Origin: Bacteroidota bacterium
Lineage (GTDB): Bacteria > Bacteroidota > Ignavibacteria > UBA10030 > UBA8401
NCBI GenBank assembly: GCA_008933835.1
Contig: WBUG01000004.1
Coordinates: 27,005 to 91,004 of the forward strand
DNA: 64,000 bases
Direction: 5' to 3'
A program made the position numbers and the translations under genes. Positions 42,484 to 52,600 of the stretch are shown here, in pieces (the first letter of the stretch is position 1; every line of letters begins with the position of its first letter). A model generated the notes under the pieces. The model did no database searches. It saw only the letters and a program-made list of their open reading frames with translations, and had not been told where the DNA came from.

Positions 42484-42498
42484 ACGGAGGCTGAACCG

Positions 42499-44238
42499 AT
42501 GAGGACCATCATCGTACTGCTCGCCGCCCTGATGGCGGCGGAGACCATGACGGCGCAGCAGCGCACGTACTGCAACCCGCTCAATATCGACTACGGGTAC
42601 GGCGCCATCCCGAACTTCACGGCGATGGGGAAGCACCGTACGACGGCGGACCCGGCCATCACGCTCTTCAAGGGGAAGTACTATCTCTTCTCCACCAATC
42701 AGTACGGATACTGGTGGAGCGGCGACATGCTCTCCTGGAACTTCATCCCGAGGCTCTTCCTGAAGCCGTATCACAAGGTGTACGATGAACTGTGCGCTCC
42801 CGCCGCCGGCGTCATCGGCGACACGCTGCTCCTGCTCGGGTCCACCCACACCACCTCGTTCCCGATTTGGATGAGCAAGGACCCGACGCGCGACGCGTGG
42901 ACCGAAGCGGTCGATTCCCTTCAGGTCGGCGCATGGGACCCGGCGTTCTTCACGGACGACGACGGCCGGCTGTATCTCTACTGGGGGTCGAGCAACGATA
43001 GACCGCTCTACGGACAGGAGATCGACCGTCGCACGTTCGTTCCCATCGGCACGAAACAGGAGCTCATCCGGCTGCACGACGACGTGCATGGCTGGGAGCG
43101 GTTCGGTGAACATGCGGACAACACCTTCCTCCGCCCGTTCATCGAAGGGGCGTGGATGAACAAGCACGACGGACGGTACTATCTGCAGTACGCCGCACCG
43201 GGAACGGAGTTCAGCGGATACGGCGACGGGGTGTACGTTTCGGACCGCCCCCTCGGTCCGTTCACCTATCAGTCCCACAATCCCTTCGCGGTGAAACCGG
43301 GCGGATTCGCCCGCGGCGCCGGCCACGGGGCGACGTTCCAGGACCTGCATGGCAACTGGTGGCACATCGGCACCATCGCCATTTCCGTGAAGAACAATTT
43401 CGAACGGCGTCTCGGTTACTGGCCCGCCGGTTTCGACGAGGACGGCATCCTGTACTGCACCACCGCGTACGGCGATTATCCGCACCGCATGCCCGACGGC
43501 CCGCTCGCGCCCGGGACGACCGGCTTCGCCGGTTGGATGCTCCTGAACTATCAGCGGCCGGTGAGCGCATCGTCCACCCTCGGCGGATACGCCCCCAATT
43601 TCGCGGCGGACGAGGACATCAAGACATACTGGAGCGCGCGTTCAGGCGACGCCGGGGAATGGTTCCAGAGCGACCTCGGTTCCCTCTGCACCGTCCGCGC
43701 CCTGCAGGTGAACTATGCGGACCAGAACGCCGGACTGATGGGAAAGCAGAACGGCATCCGGCACCGGTACCGCATCCGTCATTCGAAGGACGGGGTGCGG
43801 TGGAGCACGCTGGTGGACAAGAGCCGTAACACGAAGGACGTGCCGCACGACTACGTGGAGCTGCCGAACGGCGTGGAGACACGGTACCTGCGCATCGAAA
43901 ACATCGAAGTGCCGACCGGTACGTTCGCGCTCAGCGGATTCCGGGTGTTCGGACACCGGCCCGGCGCCGCGCCGGACACCGTGACGGACTTCATCGCGCT
44001 GCGGGGCGACAGCGAACGCCGGAACGCATGGCTCAAGTGGCGTCAGCAGGACGAAGCGGACGGATATGTCATCTACTGGGGGACGGCGCCGGAGAAGCTC
44101 TACAACAGCGTGATGGTCTACGGCGCGAACGAGTATTACCTCCGGATGCTGGACCGAGACCGGCCGTACTACCTCCGCATCGAGGCGTTCAACGGTTCCG
44201 GGATCGGTGCGAAAAGCTCCGTCCTGGAATGCCCGTGA
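42499..44238 (+). CDS. GH43 glycoside hydrolase with C-terminal discoidin/FN3-like domains
   Basis: ADPAITLFKGKYYLFST (GH43 catalytic Asp block); 5-bladed-propeller-like repeats; signal peptide. Confidence 0.75.
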   Translation: MRTIIVLLAALMAAETMTAQQRTYCNPLNIDYGYGAIPNFTAMGKHRTTADPAITLFKGKYYLFSTNQYGYWWSGDMLSWNFIPRLFLKPYHKVYDELCAPAAGVIGDTLLLLGSTHTTSFPIWMSKDPTRDAWTEAVDSLQVGAWDPAFFTDDDGRLYLYWGSSNDRPLYGQEIDRRTFVPIGTKQELIRLHDDVHGWERFGEHADNTFLRPFIEGAWMNKHDGRYYLQYAAPGTEFSGYGDGVYVSDRPLGPFTYQSHNPFAVKPGGFARGAGHGATFQDLHGNWWHIGTIAISVKNNFERRLGYWPAGFDEDGILYCTTAYGDYPHRMPDGPLAPGTTGFAGWMLLNYQRPVSASSTLGGYAPNFAADEDIKTYWSARSGDAGEWFQSDLGSLCTVRALQVNYADQNAGLMGKQNGIRHRYRIRHSKDGVRWSTLVDKSRNTKDVPHDYVELPNGVETRYLRIENIEVPTGTFALSGFRVFGHRPGAAPDTVTDFIALRGDSERRNAWLKWRQQDEADGYVIYWGTAPEKLYNSVMVYGANEYYLRMLDRDRPYYLRIEAFNGSGIGAKSSVLECP

Positions 44239-44279
44239 TAACGGTTTCTTTTTCAGGTAAATAGCGGTATAATGCGCCC

Positions 44280-45158
44280 ATGGCCTCGGAACATGCACAT
44301 CTGGAGCAGGAGATACGCAAGCTCGCGTCGTTCGTCCCCATTTCGGCGACGGTCGCGAACATCATCCGTTATGAACTGAAGGGCGAAGCGGCCAACCGGC
44401 GTCTCCGCTCCCACATCGAAGCGGACAACGCCATCACCGTGATGGTGCTGCAGGCGGCGAACTCCTCCTTCTACGGGTTCCGCGGCCAGGTCGTCACGGT
44501 GGCCCACGCCGTGATGCTCATCGGGTTCGAAGAGATCAGCCGCATCGTACTGATGCACGAGCTCCGGCAGCGCATCATCGCGCTGAATCCGGCCCAGCAG
44601 GAATCCGTGAAGCGGCTCTGGATCCATAGCATCACCACCGCGACCCTCTCCCGCATCCTCTGCCGCGAACTCGGTCTGCACACCAGCGGCGAAGAGTTCA
44701 CCGGCGGACTCCTCCACGACCTTGGCAAGCTCTTCTTCATCCAGAACGTACCGGACCTCGCCGGCCGCATCGCGCAGCGCATCGCGGAAGGAACGGACGA
44801 CGTCGAAGCCGAACGCGAGATCGCCCGTTGGCCGCACACCGACATCGGCGCGCTGCTGGGACTGCAATGGGACCTTCCGCCGGTGCTCTGCGACGTGATG
44901 AAACTGCATCATCTTTCCGACCCTCTCGAGGAGGGACAGTCCATCGTCGCCGTCATCCGGCTGGCGGACCTGTTCTGCGAGAAGTGGGGATACGGCATCG
45001 GTGAAGGGAATGCGCCGGACCGCATCTCGGAAGACCCCTGCTGGGACCACCTGCGGCGGAGCGTCGCCGGATTGAACGGCCGTACGGCCGAAGAGATCGA
45101 AGGGGTCGTGAAGCCGGAATTCGACACCCATACGGAGTTCCGCGAACTCTTCCATTGA
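44280..45158 (+). CDS. Stand-alone HDOD-domain signalling protein
   Basis: HDOD hallmarks: ...VLQAANSSFYGF..., LLHDLGKL. Confidence 0.7.
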   Translation: MASEHAHLEQEIRKLASFVPISATVANIIRYELKGEAANRRLRSHIEADNAITVMVLQAANSSFYGFRGQVVTVAHAVMLIGFEEISRIVLMHELRQRIIALNPAQQESVKRLWIHSITTATLSRILCRELGLHTSGEEFTGGLLHDLGKLFFIQNVPDLAGRIAQRIAEGTDDVEAEREIARWPHTDIGALLGLQWDLPPVLCDVMKLHHLSDPLEEGQSIVAVIRLADLFCEKWGYGIGEGNAPDRISEDPCWDHLRRSVAGLNGRTAEEIEGVVKPEFDTHTEFRELFH

Positions 45159-45172
45159 CGGAGGCTACGGCC

Positions 45173-46042
45173 ATGCGCGACATCCGCAACGAGATCCAGA
45201 ACATCGGCGACGTCATCCCCATCCCCTCCATGGTGACGATGATCCTCACCCAGACGCTGACGGGAGAGACCGCGGGACGCAAGCTCATCGCCATCATCGA
45301 GTCCGACGCGTCGCTCACCGCCATGGTGCTCCGGGCCGCCAATTCCGCCTTCTACGGCATCCGCTCCGGCGTCTCCACCGTCTCGCACGCCGTGATGGTG
45401 CTCGGTCACCAGGAGATCAACCGGCTGGTCCTCACCTACGAACTGAAGCAGCGCATCCTCTCCCTCAACACCGAGCAGCGTGATTTCCTGAACCGTCTCT
45501 GGATCCACAGCGTGTCGGTCGCCACCGCCTCCCGCATCGTCGCCAAAGCGGCCGGTGTGCGGACCTCGGGCGAGGAGTTCACCGCCGGTCTTCTGCACGA
45601 TATGGGGAAGATCGTGCTCGTCCAGCATTTCCCCGACATGTTCGTCCGCGCCGCCGCCATGGGGACCGACCTCGGTCTTCCCGACGTGCAGGCGGAAGAA
45701 CAGGTCTTCGCCATATCGCATGACGAGGTCGGCGGCATGCTGGCCGAACAATGGAACCTCCCTGCCTCCATCGCCGATACGATGCGGTTCCACCACCGAT
45801 GCGGTTCCGCGACCGCCGACGTTCCGCTCACCTGCGTCGTCCGGCTTGCTGACCTCCTGGTCGAACGCTGGGGTATCGGCATCGACGAAGGGACCGCCGA
45901 CGGCGCCGTCACGGACAATGAGTGCTGGAAGATCCTGTCGGACCGTTTCCCCTCCATTGCGTCGGTCGACGTTCAGGAGTTCGAAGAGGGGGTCCGCATG
46001 GAATTCGAGAACAATCAGGCCTTCTCCGAACTCTTCACCTGA
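45173..46042 (+). CDS. Stand-alone HDOD-domain signalling protein (paralog)
   Basis: Same architecture (VLRAANSAFYGI, LLHDMGKI); GGAGG RBS before ATG 45173. Confidence 0.7.
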   Translation: MRDIRNEIQNIGDVIPIPSMVTMILTQTLTGETAGRKLIAIIESDASLTAMVLRAANSAFYGIRSGVSTVSHAVMVLGHQEINRLVLTYELKQRILSLNTEQRDFLNRLWIHSVSVATASRIVAKAAGVRTSGEEFTAGLLHDMGKIVLVQHFPDMFVRAAAMGTDLGLPDVQAEEQVFAISHDEVGGMLAEQWNLPASIADTMRFHHRCGSATADVPLTCVVRLADLLVERWGIGIDEGTADGAVTDNECWKILSDRFPSIASVDVQEFEEGVRMEFENNQAFSELFT

Positions 46043-46196
46043 TCCGACCGCAATACCGCCCTTGTCCGGAACGTCACGTCACGTATTCCGGACCGTTCTC
46101 TCCGCATCCTCACAAGCCACGTGCATAAAATTAGCCACCCGCATCTTTCTGCCGTTAAATTTCGCCGGATTTCCTCTTTTTTTTCAGGCACGGTAT

Positions 46197-46222
46197 TTGT
46201 CGAAATAGTCCCAGACTATAAT
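46197..46222 (+). promoter_or_regulatory. AT-rich sigma-70-like promoter candidate (TTGTCG / TATAAT) ahead of the sugar-nucleotide and GT genes
   Basis: The only AT-rich patch in about 2 kb; perfect TATAAT 14 nt upstream of the ATG; -35 and spacing are weak. Confidence 0.3.
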
Positions 46223-46235
46223 ATGACGAGTACCG

Positions 46236-47306
46236 ATGACCATTGCGACCATCACCGGCATCCGTCCGGACTTCATCCGGATGAGCAAAGTGTTCGAACA
46301 GCTGGACAAGCACTTCGAACACATCATGATCCATACGGGCCAGCACTACGACGATGAGCTGAGCCGCATCTTCTTCCGCGAACTGAAGATACGGCAGCCC
46401 GATTACACCCTCGACACGGGGCGGAACAGCCGGAACCACTACGAACAGCTCTCCTACCTCTCCACAGAGGTCATCGGACTGCTCAAACGGCATCGCATCG
46501 ATCCCGCGATGGTGCTCTTCCTCGGCGATTCGAACTCGGCGCTCGCCAGCGTGCCGCTGTTCAAGGAGGGGTACCGCATCGGCCATATCGAAGGGGGCAT
46601 GCGCTCCTACGACCGCCGGATGCCGGAGGAGGTGAACCGCGTGTTGTGCGATTACGTCTCGGACCAGGTGTTCGTCTACACGAAACTGTACAAGGAACGG
46701 CTGGTCCGCGAGAACAAGGATCCCCGCCGTATCCACGTGGTCGGCAACACCATCGTGGAAGTGGTGCGGCAGTACATGCCCACCGGCCGCCGGAGCCGCG
46801 ACTTCATCCTGGCGGACATCCACCGCAGCGAGAACCTCGCCGACGCCCGGCAGTTCGCCCACATTCTGAACTTTTTAGAACGGCTCGGAAAGAAGACCGG
46901 ACTGCCGGTCCGTCTCGTCCGCTTCCGCCGGGCGGAACGGCTCATCGAAGAGCACGGACTCCTCGACGACAAGAAACACATCGAACTCGCCGGACCGTAC
47001 GGTTTTCTGCAGTACCTCGACCTCCAGTACAACGCCTACGGCGTGGTCTCCGATTCCGGTACCTGTCAGGAAGAATGCCCGCTGCTGGGAGTTCCGGTGG
47101 CGGTGCCGAGGAACGCGACCGAACGGCCGGAATCGGTGGAGAACGGCAACAGCATCCTGCTGGGCGAAACGGCCCCGGTCGAGACCATGGTGAAGAAGAC
47201 CCTCAGGTTCTTCGAAGGATATTCCGTCACGCCGGCGCAGCGGCGCTGGCTCGGGAACGGACGAACGTCGGAAACGATCGCGAACATACTCAGAAAGGAA
47301 CTGTGA
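46236..47306 (+). CDS. UDP-N-acetylglucosamine 2-epimerase (non-hydrolysing, WecB/NeuC-like)
   Basis: N-terminal ITGIRPDFIRMSKVF...HTGQHYD; GT-B-like epimerase fold. Confidence 0.75.
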   Translation: MTIATITGIRPDFIRMSKVFEQLDKHFEHIMIHTGQHYDDELSRIFFRELKIRQPDYTLDTGRNSRNHYEQLSYLSTEVIGLLKRHRIDPAMVLFLGDSNSALASVPLFKEGYRIGHIEGGMRSYDRRMPEEVNRVLCDYVSDQVFVYTKLYKERLVRENKDPRRIHVVGNTIVEVVRQYMPTGRRSRDFILADIHRSENLADARQFAHILNFLERLGKKTGLPVRLVRFRRAERLIEEHGLLDDKKHIELAGPYGFLQYLDLQYNAYGVVSDSGTCQEECPLLGVPVAVPRNATERPESVENGNSILLGETAPVETMVKKTLRFFEGYSVTPAQRRWLGNGRTSETIANILRKEL

Positions 47307-47307
47307 C

Positions 47308-48273
47308 ATGAAGAACGTGCTCATCGTCGGAGGGGCCGGCTACGTCGGCGGCGCCATCACGGACCTCGTGGCGGACCAGAAGTACAACGTCCGCGTGTAC
47401 GACTCTCTGCTGTACGAGGATTCGTACCGTAAAGAGATCGACTTCGTCTTCGGCGACGTCCGCGATACCGAACGGCTCCGCCCGCACCTCCGGTGGGCCG
47501 ATACCGTCGTCTGGCTCGCCGCCATCGTCGGCGACGGCGCCTGCCAGCTCAAGCCCGAACTCACCGTGGCGGTGAACGAGGAGCCGCTGAAATGGCTGGC
47601 GGCCAACTATGACGGCCGCATCATCTTCATGTCCACCTGCTCCGTGTACGGAGCGCAGGACCGGGAACTGGACGAAGATTCTCCGACCAGTCCGCTCTCC
47701 CTCTACGCCTCCACCAAGCTTCGGGCGGAATCGTTCCTGAAACAGAAGAACGCGATGATCTTCCGGCTGGGGACCCTCTTCGGCGTGGGGGACCTGTACG
47801 CCCGGATCCGGATGGACCTCGTCGTCAACGCCCTGACCGTCCGCGCTCACACGCAGGGGATGCTGAGCGTGTTCGGCGGCGACCAGTTCCGTCCGCTCCT
47901 CCACGTCAAGGACGTGGCCCGCGCCGTGGTCCAGAACCTCCGGTCCGAGCACACGGGCATCTTCAATCTCCACCGTCAGAACGTCCGCATCGTGGACCTG
48001 GCGTACCAGGTGCGGAACCACTTCCCGGACTGCATCATCGAACGGTCCGAGATGCCGTTCCAGGACACCCGGAACTACCGCGTGAGCAGCCGGAAGGCGC
48101 GCGAGGTGTTCGGGTTCAACCCCGTCCATTCCATCGACGACGGCATCATGGAACTGAAGTTCCTCGTCGAAACGGGCCGCATCAAGGACGTGAACGCGAA
48201 ACGGTACTCCAATCAGGCGTTCCTCTCCACCCAGCTGCAGGAGGAGAAGAAGGCGGAACTCGTGGCGGCATGA
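47308..48273 (+). CDS. NAD-dependent sugar epimerase/dehydratase (SDR family)
   Basis: MKNVLIVGGAGYVGG Rossmann motif; YxxxK region. Confidence 0.75.
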   Translation: MKNVLIVGGAGYVGGAITDLVADQKYNVRVYDSLLYEDSYRKEIDFVFGDVRDTERLRPHLRWADTVVWLAAIVGDGACQLKPELTVAVNEEPLKWLAANYDGRIIFMSTCSVYGAQDRELDEDSPTSPLSLYASTKLRAESFLKQKNAMIFRLGTLFGVGDLYARIRMDLVVNALTVRAHTQGMLSVFGGDQFRPLLHVKDVARAVVQNLRSEHTGIFNLHRQNVRIVDLAYQVRNHFPDCIIERSEMPFQDTRNYRVSSRKAREVFGFNPVHSIDDGIMELKFLVETGRIKDVNAKRYSNQAFLSTQLQEEKKAELVAA

Positions 48274-48719
48274 CCATGAACGACGAACCTCGGCTCATCA
48301 AAGGGGGCATCGCGGTGGACGACCGCGGCTCCGTCAGTTTCACCAACGACTTCCACTTCGAAGGCGTGAAGCGGTACTACATGATCCGGAACCACCGGCA
48401 GGGATTCATCCGCGCGTGGCACGGTCACCGGTTCGAAGGGAAGTACTTCACGGTCGTCAAAGGCTCCGCCCTCGTCTGCGGCGTGAAGATCGACGATTGG
48501 GCGAACCCGTCGCGAAGCCTGCCGGTGCACCGGTACGTCCTGACGGACATCGCCCCTTCGGTCCTCTACCTGCCGGGCGGCTACGCCAACGGCGAGATGT
48601 CGCTCACCGAAGATGCGCAGATCATGGTCTTCTCGACCTCGACACTGCAGGAGAGCGTCAACGATGACGTGCGGTGGGACCAGAACCACTGGAATCCCTG
48701 GACGATCGAATCACGATAG
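48270..48719 (+). CDS. WxcM/FdtA-like cupin (sugar 3,4-ketoisomerase-like)
   Basis: About 149 aa with an RAWHGHR...VVKGSALV cupin core; ATGA overlap with the upstream gene. Confidence 0.5.
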   Translation: MTMNDEPRLIKGGIAVDDRGSVSFTNDFHFEGVKRYYMIRNHRQGFIRAWHGHRFEGKYFTVVKGSALVCGVKIDDWANPSRSLPVHRYVLTDIAPSVLYLPGGYANGEMSLTEDAQIMVFSTSTLQESVNDDVRWDQNHWNPWTIESR

Positions 48720-48727
48720 GAGACGGT

Positions 48728-49564
48728 ATGGAATCGGTTGCGGTCATCGGCGCGGGCGGCATGCTCGGATACGCCGTTTCGGAGTTCTTCGCGCAGCGCG
48801 GGTACGGTGTGCGGCGCATCACCCGGAAGGAGTACGACATCACGAAGCACCCGTTCGCGGCGCTCGAGCGGCTTCTCGCGGACGTGAACGTCGTCATCAA
48901 CTGCGCCGGCGTCATCAAACCGCAGATCGCGGCGAACAGCACGGAGGACGTCATGCGGGTCAACGCGGTCTTCCCGCGCAACCTCGCGACCTTTTGCAAA
49001 GGGATGAACATCAAGTGCTTCCACGTCACGACGGACTGCGTCTACTCCGGTTCGAAGGGCCGGTACAGCGAGGACGACGTGTTCGACGCCGAGGACCTGT
49101 ACGGACTCTCCAAGAACGCCGGCGAACCGATGAACTGCATGACGCTCCGCACCTCCATCATCGGCGAGGAACGGGGACAGTCGCGCTCCCTCGTGGAATG
49201 GGCCCGCAGCCAGCAGGGGAACGGGGTGAACGGGTTCGTCAATCACTTCTGGAACGGCGTCACCACGCTCCACCTCGCCGAGGTCATCGAGAAGATCATC
49301 CGGCACGACATGTACACCGAGGGGATCTACCATCTGCATTCCCCGAACGCGCTCTCCAAGAAGGAACTGCTCGAAGCCATCGACATGGTGTACGAGCTCG
49401 GCCTGACCGTCCGTCCGGCCGAGGCGCCGCAGTTCTGCGACCGCACCCTCGGCAGCATCTACTCGTTCAGCACGCTGCTGTGCACCAAGACCATCCAGAT
49501 GCAGCTCTTCGAGATGAAGGAGTTCTTCGAACTGGCGAACGCCCCGAGCCTGGCAGAACTGTGA
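48728..49564 (+). CDS. RmlD-like NAD(P)-dependent sugar-nucleotide reductase/epimerase
   Basis: MESVAVIGAGGMLG Rossmann N-terminus and RmlD-like size; start moved to ATG 48728. Confidence 0.6.
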   Translation: MESVAVIGAGGMLGYAVSEFFAQRGYGVRRITRKEYDITKHPFAALERLLADVNVVINCAGVIKPQIAANSTEDVMRVNAVFPRNLATFCKGMNIKCFHVTTDCVYSGSKGRYSEDDVFDAEDLYGLSKNAGEPMNCMTLRTSIIGEERGQSRSLVEWARSQQGNGVNGFVNHFWNGVTTLHLAEVIEKIIRHDMYTEGIYHLHSPNALSKKELLEAIDMVYELGLTVRPAEAPQFCDRTLGSIYSFSTLLCTKTIQMQLFEMKEFFELANAPSLAEL

Positions 49565-49615
49565 CCCTGCCGGGCACCGCTCCCGTCCGCCGCCACGACA
49601 TCCACTGAGGAATCC

Positions 49616-52600
49616 ATGTTCTTCCGACGATCCGCCGAACGCCCCGACACCTTTTTCGTCTCCCGCGAGCTCTTCCTCGATGCCGCCCGGCTGTTCATCC
49701 GGCCCGCGGCCACCGTGGCGGACATCGGCTGCGGCATCCGTCCGCAGCGGTACATCGTTCCGCAGACGCATTACTGCGTCGACGCACACCGGCAGTACCT
49801 CGAACACTACCGGCAGCGGGGCGCCGGATTCGCCGGAACGGACTACGTCTTCATCAACGCCCTGTGGGGAGATGCCCTCAACGATCCTCGGCTGGCGGAC
49901 GTGGAGACCATCTTCGCCCTGGACGTGATCGAGCATATCGAGAAGGAGGAGGGGAAGCGGCTGCTGGAACGGACCGTCGCCGCGGCCAAGGAGCAGGTGG
50001 TCATCTTCACCCCGCTGGGCTTCGTGCCGCAGCACCATGAGGACGGGAAGGACGCCTGGGGTCTCGACGGCGGGAAATGGCAGGAACATCTCTCCGGCTG
50101 GCTGCCGGAGGAGTTTGCGGGGGACTGGACGTTCCTCGTCTGCGAGGATTTCCACACCCACGACAACATGCAGCACCGGCATGAGAAACCGGTCGGTGCC
50201 TTCTTCGCGTTCCTCAACAAGCGGGTACCTCCTCCGGCTCCTTCGCCGGACCTCTGTTTCCGGTTCACCGGTCTCGGCGATATCGCGGCCGATGCCGAAA
50301 CGCTCATCAGTCTGGCGAACCAGCGGAGCGGCGGCTGGGAAGCGGTCGTCAGCGACGGCGTTCCCGGAGACGAACTCCGCCATCTCGTCGAGGCGCTCTC
50401 CACCCGTTCATCCTCCTTCCAGCACCGGAACGACGGCCAGTACCGAACGACGGCCCCGACGGTCATCCGCCTGGCGGCGGGGGACCGTCTGTTGCCCGAC
50501 GCCGTCGACACCGTCCGCGCGTCGTTGACCGATACGGCCGGTGAATCGGTGGTGATCTTCACGGACCGCACGCCGGAACCGGGCGGTTCGCTGAAGCGCT
50601 CCGTCCAGCAGACCAGAACGGTTCCGGCGGGATTCGCCGCCCCGGCGATGATGTACGAAGACCTGACACGCCGCGGCTTCACGGCGATGCCGAGAAGCGT
50701 CGCCGAAAGGGTCGAATCGCGTCCTCTGCAGTTCCTGCAGACCGTCAAGGCCGAAGCCCTCTTCCGGGCGATGCCGGTACCGGCACGGATCGTGGAACAG
50801 GCGGTGCTGCAACCGGCCGCCATCGATGCAGATGCCGCCCGTTATGTTCGCATCATGGAATACACCTGGCTGCTGCACCGGTGGATGCGCAATGTGAGCT
50901 TCTCCGAAGCGTACCGCGCGGCGGATATCGATTCTCCTGACGGCAGTCAATCGTTCATTCAGTACTTCTTCGACGGTGCGACGGACGAAGGGAGTCCCGT
51001 CCACAACGCCCTCATCTGGGACGATTACATCGCCTGGCTGACCGCCGGTTTGGCGTCGCTCAACCGGGGGACCAAGAAGCGCATCCTGCAGCACGGCCGG
51101 AAGGTCTTCTCGTCCCTCCGGAACCTCCGTCCGATGTTCGAGCGGTATCATGCCTTCTTTTCGCGGCCGGACTTCGCCGTGCCGGCCGCGGCACGCGCCG
51201 TACCGGTCCCGGTTCCCGCCGACCGGAAGGAGGATGCAGAATACACCGCACTGCTCCACCGTCACATCGAACGGCGTCTCAAGGAGTCCGACCACGACGG
51301 GGCGCAGCTGGCGGTCGAGTTCCTCGTCCGTGCCACCGGAACGCTGGACAGCGCCGTGCTGAACCGTTTCGCAGAATCGGCGATGGTGAACGGCAACCTC
51401 CGCTCCCTGCGTGCGGTGGTCGAACGGCTCGGCGCCTTCGCGCAGCTGTCCGACGCCGGGAAGGCGGCGAGTCTGGCGGCCGGAGACGCTCCGCCGGAGT
51501 CGGGAATCGCGTCCATCGGTGATCCGGTCATCCGCGAGAACCTGCGGCGACATCTCGCCGGCGCCGCCATGCCGTTCGTGACCGACGACATCTCCGCCTG
51601 GACGTGCGATGCGGACGTGCATCGGAACGTGATGGTCCACTCGGTGAAGGCCTCCTGCCGGGAGTGCGGAACCCCGCTGCAGCGCACCGTCACGCTGCCC
51701 ATCGGCGGCGCACCCGGGAACGCCCCCGTGCTCTGCCACTCCTGCGCCGCGCCGTACACCCTTACGGACCGGCTCTTCCGGGAATGGGTCGAACGGCGGA
51801 ACGCCGCGCTGCCGGCCGCACCGCCGGTCCGCGCTTCGGGCCCCCGCGTGGCGCTGGTGATGCGCTATTCGAGCGTCATCAGCGGCGGCGTGAACATGAT
51901 CTTCCAGTACGCGGAATGGCTCCGCGAACTCGGCTGCACCGTCACCGTCCATTCCAACGAACCGAACTCGCCCCTCCGGAAGTTCACCGGCACCTTCAGC
52001 ATGGTGAAGAACGCCGGCGAGGTCCCCGCCGGGAAGTACGACGCCGTCTTCTGCATGTGCGCCGCGGACGTCCCGGTGATGCTGCAGAAGTATCCGAAGG
52101 AACGGGTCGCCCTCATCTGTCAGGGATACGAGGGGTATCACTACGGCCACACCTATGAGGAGCTCCGTGCGGACAAGTACATCTTCGACGAGATCCATGC
52201 ACTTCCGGCGGCGAAGTTCGCCGTCTCTCGCCATCTCACGCATCTCTTCGCGGAGAAGTTCGGCCAGCAGGCGTACTACATCCCCAACGGCACGGACCGG
52301 TCCGTGTTCCGTCCGGACCTGAGCATACGCCGAACGTCCCCTTCCGTACTGTTCGTCGGCAATCCGTACCAGCAGCTGAAGGGGGCCGATATGCTCCTTT
52401 CGGCCCTCTCATCGCTCCAGGCGAGCCGGTACGCGATGCCCGGCCTGACCCTCCATATCGCCATCGGAGGGGGGGCGGAGAAGATGGACCACCGCATCCA
52501 GACCGACCGGTTCGCGGTGCAGTACCATGTGGGGCTCGGCCGGAAGGAGATGGCCGCGCTGATGAACAGCGTCGACCTCGTCGTCAACACGTCGTGGTAC

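Noticed and set aside
44240-44279. TATAAT hexamer just upstream of the first HDOD gene as a promoter
   Set aside because: Perfect -10 but no acceptable -35 at 16-18 bp; left unscored as a feature, only noted.
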